A stretch of 64,000 bases of DNA, from the NCBI GenBank assembly GCA_945862145.1, contig CAMAXE010000003.1, forward strand, positions 164,139 through 228,138. The letters are read 5' to 3'. Below the pieces are notes generated by a model. The model was given only the letters and a program-made list of their open reading frames with translations. It searched no databases and was not told the origin of the DNA. Position numbers and translations under genes: made by a program. Positions 44,928 through 53,412 of the stretch are shown piece after piece. Each line of letters starts with the position of its first letter. Positions within the stretch are counted from its first letter, which is position 1. The DNA is from Klebsiella pneumoniae (GTDB lineage: Bacteria > Pseudomonadota > Gammaproteobacteria > Pseudomonadales > UBA5518).

Positions 44928-46058
44928 TTGGAATTGAATCTGGCGTTTTCCGAAGATCAGTTAGCGCTGCAACGCACCGTGCGGCACTTCCTCGCGAAGC
45001 ACGCGACGCTGGACAGGATAAGGGAGATTCCTGACAGCGACGAGCCACGCTATGACCGAAAACTGTGGAGCGCCGCAGGTGAAATGGGCTGGCTGGGAGC
45101 GGCGCTGCCCGAGGAGTTTGGCGGTGGCGGCTTCGGCTACCTGGAACTCGCGGTTGTCGCGGAGGAACTGGGCCGCGCGCTTGCGATGGTTCCGGTTTGC
45201 TCGTCGGTGTATCTCGCGAGCGAGGCGATCCTGGGTTCCGGGAATGCAGAGCAACAGCGGCGTTACCTGCCGGGGATTGCCTCCGGGGCGCTCATCGGAA
45301 CCTTCGCGCTCACCGAGCCGGGCGGGCGCACTGGTCTTCAAGACATCGAAGCGCGCTTCCGCGAGGGCCTGCTCTACGGTCGAAAGGCGCCGGTGCCCGA
45401 CGGGGATGTCGCCGATCTCGCCGTGGTCGTGGCGCGGGGCGAGGACGAAGTCCCGTGCCTCTTGCTCGTCGACCTGGCGGGCGCTGGTGTAAGACGCCGC
45501 GCGCTTCCCGCCTTCGACGGCTCCCGAGCTCAGGCCGTGGTCGAGTTCGACGGTGCGCCGGCCGAGCTCCTTGCGGGAACGGGCGACACAGACATCCTGA
45601 TTGCGCGGCTTCTCGATAGGGCCGCCGTGCTGATCGCCTTTGAGCAGCTCGGCGGCGCCCAGGCCTGTTTGGACATGGCGCGCGAGTACACGATGGGGCG
45701 CTTCGCCTTCGGGCGTCCGATCGCATCCTTTCAGGCACCGAAGCACCGAATGGCTGATATGTACACGGCGATCGAGCTGGCCCGCTCCAACTGCTACTAC
45801 GCTGCCTGGGCCATGTCCTCGGATAGCGCGGAATTGCCCACTGCGGCATGCATCGCCCGCATCAGCGCCACCGATACATACGCCTTCTGTGCCGAAGAGA
45901 ACCTCCACCTTCATGGTGGCGTCGGGTGCACGTGGGAGTACGACTGCCACCTGTACCTGCGCAGGGCAAAGCTGCTTGCACAGTCCCTTGGTCCGGCAAA
46001 TGTGTGGAAGGAACTCCTGGTCGAGCGCCTCGAGGCCACGGAGGCGCCCGGCTTATAG
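44928..46058 (+). CDS. Acyl-CoA dehydrogenase family protein
   Basis: 376 aa with a TTG start. GWLGAALPEEFGGGGFGYLELAVVAEELGRAL and HLHGGVGCTWEYDCHLYLRRAK. Confidence 0.85.
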   Translation: MELNLAFSEDQLALQRTVRHFLAKHATLDRIREIPDSDEPRYDRKLWSAAGEMGWLGAALPEEFGGGGFGYLELAVVAEELGRALAMVPVCSSVYLASEAILGSGNAEQQRRYLPGIASGALIGTFALTEPGGRTGLQDIEARFREGLLYGRKAPVPDGDVADLAVVVARGEDEVPCLLLVDLAGAGVRRRALPAFDGSRAQAVVEFDGAPAELLAGTGDTDILIARLLDRAAVLIAFEQLGGAQACLDMAREYTMGRFAFGRPIASFQAPKHRMADMYTAIELARSNCYYAAWAMSSDSAELPTAACIARISATDTYAFCAEENLHLHGGVGCTWEYDCHLYLRRAKLLAQSLGPANVWKELLVERLEATEAPGL

Positions 46059-46143
46059 CGACGCTTGATACTTGATGAATTCGGCGCCGCGCGATATCGA
46101 ACTTCGCTAGACGCTGCACCGCAAAGTAGATGGAGTATTCATC

Positions 46144-48291
46144 GTGTATCGGGGCCAGAGCATCCGCGTACAGGCAATCGACGAAGGTTTCGTCGAGCTG
46201 ATTTTCGATCGCCAGGGCGACGCCATCAACAAGCTCGACGCCCGCACCATGCGCGAACTCGGTGAGGCTACTGCCGCCATCGCCGTCGCCCCTGGGGTGC
46301 GTGGCGTGCTGGTCACCAGCGCCAAGAGCGTTTTCATCGTCGGTGCTGACATCACCGAGTTCGGCGAGCTGTTCAGGCTGCCGATCGAAGAACTTGCTGT
46401 CGAATTTGCCAATTCCAACAAGGTACATTCTGCCTTCGAAGATCTGCCGGTGCCTACCGTTATTGCGATCAACGGCTATGCGCTGGGTGGCGGGTTGGAG
46501 ATGGCGCTTGCGGCGAGCTTGCGCGTCATGTCCACCCGGGCCCAGATCGGTCTGCCCGAGGTCAAGCTGGGCTTGTTTCCGGGCGGCGGTGGCACCGTTC
46601 GCCTGCCACGCGTGGCCGGGGCACAGGTAGCGAGTGAATGGATTGCAAGCGGTAGGTCTGCTGGCGCGCCGGAGGCGTTGGCGGCAGGCGTAGTGGATGA
46701 GTTGGCCGAGCCTGAGCAGTTGCGCGCTGTCGCCCTGTCCCTGCTGCGCAAGGCGGCCACGGGTGAGATTGACTGGAAGGCACGTCAGTCCCGCAAACTG
46801 GCTGCATTGACGCAACCCGCCGCCGAGCTCTCCACGCTGTTCGCTGCAGCGAAGGCCCGGGCCGCCAAGGGCAGCGGCAAGCATCAGCCCGCAGCGCTCG
46901 CGGCCGTCGAACTGATGGAGCGTGCCGCAGGTCTGGATCGTACCGCAGCATTAGCCGAAGAAAACCGGGTTTTTGCGCAGATCGCCAAGACCCAGGCAGC
47001 CAGCGCCATGGTGCAAACATTCCTCAGTGAGCAGGTTCTGAAAAAGTTGCTGAAGCAACATGCCAAGGTGGCGCGCCCCCTACGACAGGGCGCTGTGCTC
47101 GGCGCCGGTATCATGGGCGGCGGTATTGCCTATACCAGCGCGCAGCGCGGCACGCCCGTGCGGCTGAAGGACGTCGTTCAGGCCCAGCTTGACCTGGGCA
47201 CCGGCGAGGCCAGGAAGCAGCTCGCCAAGCTGGTGAAGAACGGGCGCATGAACCAGGAGAAGGCAGACGCCATCCTGGCCTCCATCGTGCCCCAGCTCGA
47301 CTACGCCGGATTTGACGGTGTCGACGTCGTGATCGAGGCGGTGGTGGAAAACCTCGGCGTGAAGCACAAGGTCCTGGCCGAGGTGGAAAGCACTGTGCGA
47401 TGCGACACCGTGATTGCTTCGAACACATCCAGCCTTCGCATCGACGACATCGCGGCGCCGCTGGCGCGTCCGGAGAACTTCGTAGGCATGCACTTCTTCA
47501 ACCCGGTGCCCGTGATGCAGCTGGTGGAAGTGATTCAGGGCAGCAAGACCAGCGACGCGGCCGTCGCAACGGCCGTGGGCTACGCGGCGGCAATGGGCAA
47601 GACGCCTATCGTCGTGAAGGACTGTCCTGGCTTCCTGGTGAATCGCGTCCTGACTGCGTATATGCGCGGTTTCCTGCAACTGGTCGTCGATGGCGCGGAC
47701 TTCGCGATGGTCGATCAGGTGATGGAGTCCTTCGGCTGGCCGATGGGGCCTGCGTATCTGGAAGACGTGATCGGCATCGACACCGGCGCGCATGTCAACG
47801 ACATCATCTCGGCCGGCTACGCTGAGCGCATGCCCCACATGGAACTCGACGCCCTGCGCCTCATGGCTCAGAACAAGCGATACGGTCAGAAGAATGGCAT
47901 AGGTTTCTACAAGTACGAGACCGACCCGAACGGCAAGCCCAGGCGCAGCGACGCCGAAGACACCCGTACGCTGCTAGCCACGATCCAGCCAAACGGCATG
48001 CGTCAGTTCAGCGATCAGGAAATCATCGACCGCATGATGCTCCCGCTGATCATCGAGGCCGCGCATGCGCTCGAAGACGGCGTGGTGGCGAGCGCGGCAG
48101 AACTGGACATGGCCCTGCTGCTGGGGATCGGCTTCCCCGCTTACCTGGGAGGCGCGCTGAAGTACGCGGACTGGCTGGGTCTGCCCGAGGTCAATGCCCG
48201 TGCTGCACGCTATGCGCGACTCGGCAAGGCGTATGAGGCGACCGCCCGCATGCACGAAATGGCTGCGAAGGGGCAGCGCTATTACGCTTGA
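46144..48291 (+). CDS. fadB: Multifunctional fatty-acid oxidation alpha subunit (enoyl-CoA hydratase / 3-hydroxyacyl-CoA dehydrogenase)
   Basis: 715 aa. N-terminal crotonase domain with canonical GGGLE and PE(V)KLG glutamates. NAD motif GAGIMGGGIA. C-terminal 3HCDH domains. Confidence 0.93.
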   Translation: MYRGQSIRVQAIDEGFVELIFDRQGDAINKLDARTMRELGEATAAIAVAPGVRGVLVTSAKSVFIVGADITEFGELFRLPIEELAVEFANSNKVHSAFEDLPVPTVIAINGYALGGGLEMALAASLRVMSTRAQIGLPEVKLGLFPGGGGTVRLPRVAGAQVASEWIASGRSAGAPEALAAGVVDELAEPEQLRAVALSLLRKAATGEIDWKARQSRKLAALTQPAAELSTLFAAAKARAAKGSGKHQPAALAAVELMERAAGLDRTAALAEENRVFAQIAKTQAASAMVQTFLSEQVLKKLLKQHAKVARPLRQGAVLGAGIMGGGIAYTSAQRGTPVRLKDVVQAQLDLGTGEARKQLAKLVKNGRMNQEKADAILASIVPQLDYAGFDGVDVVIEAVVENLGVKHKVLAEVESTVRCDTVIASNTSSLRIDDIAAPLARPENFVGMHFFNPVPVMQLVEVIQGSKTSDAAVATAVGYAAAMGKTPIVVKDCPGFLVNRVLTAYMRGFLQLVVDGADFAMVDQVMESFGWPMGPAYLEDVIGIDTGAHVNDIISAGYAERMPHMELDALRLMAQNKRYGQKNGIGFYKYETDPNGKPRRSDAEDTRTLLATIQPNGMRQFSDQEIIDRMMLPLIIEAAHALEDGVVASAAELDMALLLGIGFPAYLGGALKYADWLGLPEVNARAARYARLGKAYEATARMHEMAAKGQRYYA

Positions 48292-48600
48292 TGTACAGCG
48301 GTCGGGTGCCACTGGCTAAAGGGATATCGCTATCCGGCGAATGCACGAGGGCTTCATGACGGATGAAATTGCGCACGCACCTGACTTACCGCAGGGGGAA
48401 GGCTTGCAGACCAGCTTTACCTCGTGATCTCAGCGGGGTACCGATATGAAGCGCCGTTTCGCGTTGACAGTTGCAGTGGTTGGCGTGACATCTAGCCCGA
48501 TCGCGTTGACGCACACAATGTGCCCTGACGGTTCCTATGTCAGTTTTCGCAACTGCGCCACTTCCTTCGCCCTGCGCGATTCGTCCTCGGGAGACCTCTC

Positions 48601-49578
48601 ATGAAGACCCGCATCACCGAACTCTTCGGCATCCAGCACCCCATTATCCAAGGCGGCATGCACTATGTCGGCTTTGCCGAATTGGCCGCGGCCGTGTCCA
48701 ACGCCGGAGGGCTGGGCATCATCACCGGGCTGACGCAGCGCACGCCCGAACTGCTGGCCAACGAGATCGCCAAGTGCCGCGCGCTGACCGACAAGCCTTT
48801 CGGTGTGAACCTCACCTTTCTGCCCACAGTGTCGTCGCCCGACTACCCCGGCTACATCCGGGCCATCATCGACGGCGGCATCAAAGCGGTCGAGACCGCC
48901 GGCAACAACCCGCAGCAGTGGTTGCCGATGCTGCACGAGGCTGGTGTAAAGGTGATCCACAAGTGTACCTCGGTGCGCCACTCGCTGAAGGCCCAGAGTA
49001 TCGGCTGCGACGCGGTCAGCGTCGATGGCTTCGAGTGTGGCGGCCACCCGGGCGAGGACGACATCCCGAACTTCATTCTGCTGCCGCGCGCCGCTGATGA
49101 GTTGAAGATCCCGTTCGTGGCCTCTGGCGGCATGGCAGATGGTCGCTCGCTGGTGGCAGCGCTGGCGCTGGGTGCCGAGGGCATCAACATGGGTACGCGC
49201 TTCATCGCGACGAAGGAGGCACCTGTGCACCAGAACGTCAAGGATGCCATCGTCGCGGCCAGCGAGCTCGATACGCGGCTGGTCATGCGTCCGCTGCGCA
49301 ACACCGAGCGCGTGCTGCGCAATGCCGCGGTTGACCGGCTGATTGAGAAGGAAAAGACGTTAGGCGCGTCGCTGAAGTTCGAGGACATCATCGACGAGGT
49401 GGCCGGCGTCTACCCGCAGATCATGATGGAGGGTAGGATGGACGTTGGCGCCTGGTCGTGCGGCATGGTGGCCGGCCTGATCCACGACGTGCCCACCTGC
49501 AAGGAATTGATTGATCGCATTATGACTGAGGCTGAGTCCCTCATCACCCAGCGGCTGGCGCGGTTCGCTGGGAACTGA
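48601..49578 (+). CDS. Nitronate monooxygenase / NAD(P)H-flavin oxidoreductase (NMO family)
   Basis: LFGIQHPIIQGGMHYVGFAELAAAVSNAGGLGIITG and GGMADGRS. Confidence 0.9.
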   Translation: MKTRITELFGIQHPIIQGGMHYVGFAELAAAVSNAGGLGIITGLTQRTPELLANEIAKCRALTDKPFGVNLTFLPTVSSPDYPGYIRAIIDGGIKAVETAGNNPQQWLPMLHEAGVKVIHKCTSVRHSLKAQSIGCDAVSVDGFECGGHPGEDDIPNFILLPRAADELKIPFVASGGMADGRSLVAALALGAEGINMGTRFIATKEAPVHQNVKDAIVAASELDTRLVMRPLRNTERVLRNAAVDRLIEKEKTLGASLKFEDIIDEVAGVYPQIMMEGRMDVGAWSCGMVAGLIHDVPTCKELIDRIMTEAESLITQRLARFAGN

Positions 49579-49912
49579 ACCCGTGTGTCGGGCCTGCCCG
49601 CCCGTCGGCCTTCAGCCAGCAGGCGTGGCCGTAGCCGGCCGACAGGCTGGCGAGGCTTCTATCCCGGTATCGCGGTGCTCCTTCAAGATGCGTGCTTCGG
49701 CGTCACGGGCCAGCCGCTCTCGGTGAAAGTGGCAGAGTGATGATGGCTTGACCGCGCGCCGCTTCGGCGGGCGGAGTCGAACCGCGGCCTCGGTGCCGGA
49801 GGCGAGAGCAAGCTCGCGCTGGCGCCAGGCGTGCCGGCGCGTGAACGTGGAAGGCGCGGTGCGCGCGTCGCGCATGTGGGCGCTGGGGTAGAAGAACGCG
49901 GAGGGGACGCAG

Positions 49913-50779
49913 GTGCAGCCGAAGACTATGCAGTTCACGGGCTTCGACGGGATCGCGCTCGCGGCAGATGTGTACGGTGCCGACGACGCTTGGCCCGTTC
50001 TGATGATGCACGGCGGCGGGCAGACCCGGCACGCTTGGGGCAACACCGCCGCGCAACTCGCGGCGGCAGGCTGGCGCGCCGTCTCGCTCGATCAGCGCGG
50101 CCACGGCGACAGCGCTTGGGCGAAGAACGGCGACTACTCGTTCACGAGCTTTGGCGCGGATTGCATCGCGGTGTGCGACCAGCTCGCTAGACCGCCGGTG
50201 CTGGTCGGCGCGTCGCTCGGCGGTGTCTCTGCGATTCTCGCCGAAGGCAATAGCGATCGCGTCGTCTCGAGCGGGCTCGTGATCGTCGACGTTACGCACC
50301 GCAACAACCCTGCAGGCATCGACAGGATCAAGAACTTCATGATGTCGGGCCTCGGTGGATTCGCGACGCTCGAGGACGCCGCAGCGGCGATCGCCGCCTA
50401 TACGCCGCATCGGAAGCGCACCCCGAATCCCGAGGGCCTGCGCAAAGTGTTGAGGCAGCGCGCGGGCCGCTGGCATTGGCACTGGGATCCAGCCTTTATG
50501 CAGCGCAAGGGCGTCGAGGTGCCGGCACCCGACTTCGAGGACGTATTCGACCTCGCGCTAGGACGCATCCGCGTCCCGACTTTGCTCGTGCGCGGGAAGC
50601 TCTCCGACGTCGTCACAGAAGCGGGCGTTGAGGATTTTCTTGCGCGCGTCCCCGGCTCGAAGCTGGCAAACGTGGGCGACGCGGGGCACATGGTCGCTGG
50701 CGACCAGAACGACGCGTTCTCGAGCGCAGTGATCCGCTTCCTCGAAGATGACGTGCGCCCGCGCTTGCCGTGGCGCTGA
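49913..50779 (+). CDS. Alpha/beta-fold hydrolase
   Basis: HGGGQTRHAW and nucleophile elbow GASLGG. 288 aa (GTG start, with an alternative ATG at 49928). Confidence 0.85.
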   Translation: MQPKTMQFTGFDGIALAADVYGADDAWPVLMMHGGGQTRHAWGNTAAQLAAAGWRAVSLDQRGHGDSAWAKNGDYSFTSFGADCIAVCDQLARPPVLVGASLGGVSAILAEGNSDRVVSSGLVIVDVTHRNNPAGIDRIKNFMMSGLGGFATLEDAAAAIAAYTPHRKRTPNPEGLRKVLRQRAGRWHWHWDPAFMQRKGVEVPAPDFEDVFDLALGRIRVPTLLVRGKLSDVVTEAGVEDFLARVPGSKLANVGDAGHMVAGDQNDAFSSAVIRFLEDDVRPRLPWR

Positions 50780-50831
50780 ACCCCAGAAACCGCAATGGAC
50801 GAGTATGAGGGTCACCACGCGTGCGCTGCAG

Positions 50832-51980
50832 CTAGTTGCCCAAATCGGCATCGCCCCCCAAGCGGGTTAGGAACCCCAGCGTCCTTGCCGGATCGATGGT
50901 ATCCGCTTGGCCGAGTGCCCACGTCGCCCACCGGTCGAGCCTCTCCGCTGGCGCTGGCAACCGGGACCTTTGAGCGAGGATTGTCTCGACAAACTGTCGG
51001 ATCGTGTTCGCCCTATCCAATGCTGCTGCATCGTCCAGCAGTCCCTGGAGAAGCTCCTGGCGACGCTGCGCTTCTGCTTCTCGTCGTTGCCGCTCCTCGG
51101 CCTCGCGCCGCTCGCGCCGCTCGCGCCGCTCGCGCTCCTTGCGCACTATCTCGTCTTTCTGCCAGGCGTAATGCCGGAGGCAGGCGTCGCGGTAGTGGAT
51201 CTCGCCCTGGAGAATCGTGTCGACCACGATATCGCCCAGTTGCGACTCCAGCGGCCGACCTTCCGCGTCCTGCCAGGATTGAATGGGCTTGTTGTCGTCG
51301 TAGTAGTGCTGCAGCTTGAGGGTTAGCAAAGGGCTGGAGTCTGGTTTTGGTTTGCCGAGTCGGCGCGGTACGACCAGCTGCCAGGCGAGGTGCAGGTGGG
51401 AGTAGCCAACGGTTACCTGGAACTTGTCGAGGCTCCTGTCATACGACGAGAGTGACGCTGAGGGCTCGTACCCGGCCTTCTGCACGGCAAGAAAGACCGC
51501 GTTCATCAGGCGAAGCTTCCGTTTCTCGAGGGGCGAATCAAAGACCGGCGTATTCCACAGTCGGTCTTGCGCCCGCCGCTCGCTGTCCTTGGTAAGAAGC
51601 TTCCTAGTCAGCCAGTGCATACCGGTGTCGAGGCGAGGGTAGGGCACGGTGCCGATTTCCTGTAGCAGGCTGACTCGCATCTCGTCGATGGTTTCATCGA
51701 AGATGGGCTCGACGAGGGGCTCGGCGGGTGGAGCGTGATGCCCTTTCTGGCCGACCTCGACCCAATCGTGCATACCCGGTCGCCGTGGAGGCAGGGACGG
51801 TTGCTTGACGGGTTTACCGGCCGCTTTTTGGGCCCAGTAGCCTCGATCCGGCATTGGTATGCCGTGCTTGCGGCACGCCTTGGCAATGGCCACGTCCGAG
51901 ACCCCGACCTTGGCCTTCAACTGACTGCGTGGCTGTTCCCAAACCAATGTGTACAGCGCCAACCTCGTGAACTGTGCCAT
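50832..51980 (-). CDS. Hypothetical protein with an N-terminal HTH-like module and an Arg/Glu-rich coiled coil
   Basis: Internal ATG of ORF 50832..52043 (MAQFTRLALYTLVWEQPRSQL..VSDVAIAKACRKHGIPMPDRGYW). Central KERERRERRERREAEERQRREAEAQRRQ. No enzymatic motif was recognised. Slightly lower GC. Confidence 0.7.
   Translation of the reverse strand: MAQFTRLALYTLVWEQPRSQLKAKVGVSDVAIAKACRKHGIPMPDRGYWAQKAAGKPVKQPSLPPRRPGMHDWVEVGQKGHHAPPAEPLVEPIFDETIDEMRVSLLQEIGTVPYPRLDTGMHWLTRKLLTKDSERRAQDRLWNTPVFDSPLEKRKLRLMNAVFLAVQKAGYEPSASLSSYDRSLDKFQVTVGYSHLHLAWQLVVPRRLGKPKPDSSPLLTLKLQHYYDDNKPIQSWQDAEGRPLESQLGDIVVDTILQGEIHYRDACLRHYAWQKDEIVRKERERRERRERREAEERQRREAEAQRRQELLQGLLDDAAALDRANTIRQFVETILAQRSRLPAPAERLDRWATWALGQADTIDPARTLGFLTRLGGDADLGN
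51102..51135. repeat. 9-bp tandem repeat (ctcgcgccg x ~3.8) inside the CDS
   Basis: Read directly from the sequence. It encodes the RERRERRERRE stretch on the minus strand, and the unit length keeps the reading frame on slippage. Confidence 0.85.
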
Positions 51981-52150
51981 ATCGTCACCGCATCGGGTCC
52001 GCAGAAGGGTTGGCCAGTATCGTCGAGGAGGGTGCAGGCACAAGGGCGTCGCTCCCCTGCATCCTGCCAGAGCACCGAGGAAGGTTGGAAACCGAGCGAA
52101 GCGGTGTTCCCTGCAAATTCCCTGTTAAAAAGAGCGACAGCGTTCTGGGG

Positions 52151-52184
52151 GCGGCCCCAAATCGCTGCATTTGGGCCGCTTTTA
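52151..52184 (+). terminator. Hairpin plus short T-tract in a gene-less spacer
   Basis: GCGGCCCCAAAT-cgctgc-ATTTGGGCCGC followed by TTTTAG. Confidence 0.4.
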
Positions 52185-52295
52185 GTGCACAGGGCCGGGG
52201 TAGGCGCATTCGCGCAGACGCGAAATTCGCTGCAAATTACCCGGCATCAGGGAATTTGGTCGGAGACGGGTTATAGCCAGACTGCCACCACCACC

Positions 52296-52335
52296 AAACA
52301 AAAAAGGGCCCCCCAGCGGGGCCCTTTTTTGTTTG
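52296..52335. terminator. Bidirectional rho-independent terminator
   Basis: AAACAAAAAA-GGGCCCC-ccagc-GGGGCCC-TTTTTTGTTT. A perfect 7-bp GC stem is flanked by an A-tract and a T-tract. Confidence 0.8.
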
Positions 52336-52494
52336 GCAGTGCGGGCGGTGTAGACGAAGCCTCTGGTTCGACAATGCGGCAGGAAAGCCGATTTGGACGT
52401 CGGAGCGCAGCGACGACGCCCCTTGTGGGCGAGTGCTATGGACGGCGCGAGTCAATCCCTCCCAGAATCCCGCGACCAGGACACCACCCATCCC

Positions 52495-53220
52495 ATGCGC
52501 CTCGATCGCTACCTCGAATCCCGCCTCGGTTGCTCGGCGCGCAGCGTGCGTATGATGCTTGCCGCGCGGCGCATCCGCTTGAACGGGGCGCCCGCCACCG
52601 ATGCCCGCCAGCAGGTGAGCCATTTCTGCCGCATCGAGGCCGATAACGACGTGCTGCAGGCCCGCGAGCCCGTGTACCTCATGCTGCACAAGCCGCGTGG
52701 TTGTGTGAGCGCCACCCGAGATGACACGCATCCCTCGGTGCTTGGGCTCGTGGACCACCCGCAGCGAGAGGAACTCCACCTGGTCGGACGACTCGATTTC
52801 AACACCACGGGCCTGTTGCTGCTGACCAACGACAGCCGGTGGTCCAGCGCCATCACGCTGCCCGAGCGCCGGATCCCCAAGACCTACCGCGTCGAGACGC
52901 GCGATGAGATCACGCCGGAATATGCCGAGCGCTTTCGCGAGGGGATTTACTTCCGCCATGAGGACCTGCGCACGCGGCCGGCAACGCTTGAGGTGCTGGG
53001 GCCACGGCTCGCGCTGCTCACGCTCTGCGAAGGGCGCTATCACCAGGTGAAGCGCATGTTCGGCAGCTTCCGTAATCCGGTGCTGGCGCTGCATCGGGAG
53101 AGCGTGGGTCCGCTCCGGTTGGACGAATCTCTCGCGCCGGGGCAGTATCGTGATCTCGGTGCTGCGGAGGTTGCCTGCCTGCGTGGCCAAGCGCCAACAG
53201 GTACGGAGCCTGCGACATGA
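52495..53220 (+). CDS. RsuA-family rRNA pseudouridine synthase
   Basis: S4 domain MRLDRYLESRLGCSARSVRMML. Catalytic motif VGRLDFNTTGLLLLTND, and KTYRVE. Alternative upstream starts lie at 52438 and 52393. Confidence 0.88.
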   Translation: MRLDRYLESRLGCSARSVRMMLAARRIRLNGAPATDARQQVSHFCRIEADNDVLQAREPVYLMLHKPRGCVSATRDDTHPSVLGLVDHPQREELHLVGRLDFNTTGLLLLTNDSRWSSAITLPERRIPKTYRVETRDEITPEYAERFREGIYFRHEDLRTRPATLEVLGPRLALLTLCEGRYHQVKRMFGSFRNPVLALHRESVGPLRLDESLAPGQYRDLGAAEVACLRGQAPTGTEPAT

Positions 53221-53412
53221 AATTACTGCGCTACTGTGCAGTCGGTCGGGAGCGTCCTGCGGTGCAGGGAGCGAGCGGTGTGCCGCTGGGGCGTCAGCGC
53301 CAGCGCGTTCGATGACCTGGTCGGGAGGGGTGCCTTGCTCCCCGAGGCTTCCGGGTACAGAGTCGCAGCCAATCGCTGGAGAGGCGCGTCTACCCCACAG
53401 GAGTACCGCAAC

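Noticed and set aside
49612-49875. An 87-aa minus-strand ORF (MRDARTAPSTFTRRHAWRQ..) in the 330-bp gap between the NMO-like and hydrolase genes
   Set aside because: GC3 is compatible with coding, but there is no recognisable family and no clear SD. Its start would lie only ~37 bp from the divergent hydrolase start. The evidence is insufficient to call it.
52040-52400. A possible tRNA or tmRNA remnant, or att site, next to the orphan gene (ccaccaccaccaaac, ggttcgac)
   Set aside because: There is no T-loop consensus (GGTTCGAnnCC), no cloverleaf and no integrase nearby. I treated the region only as a hairpin-rich spacer.
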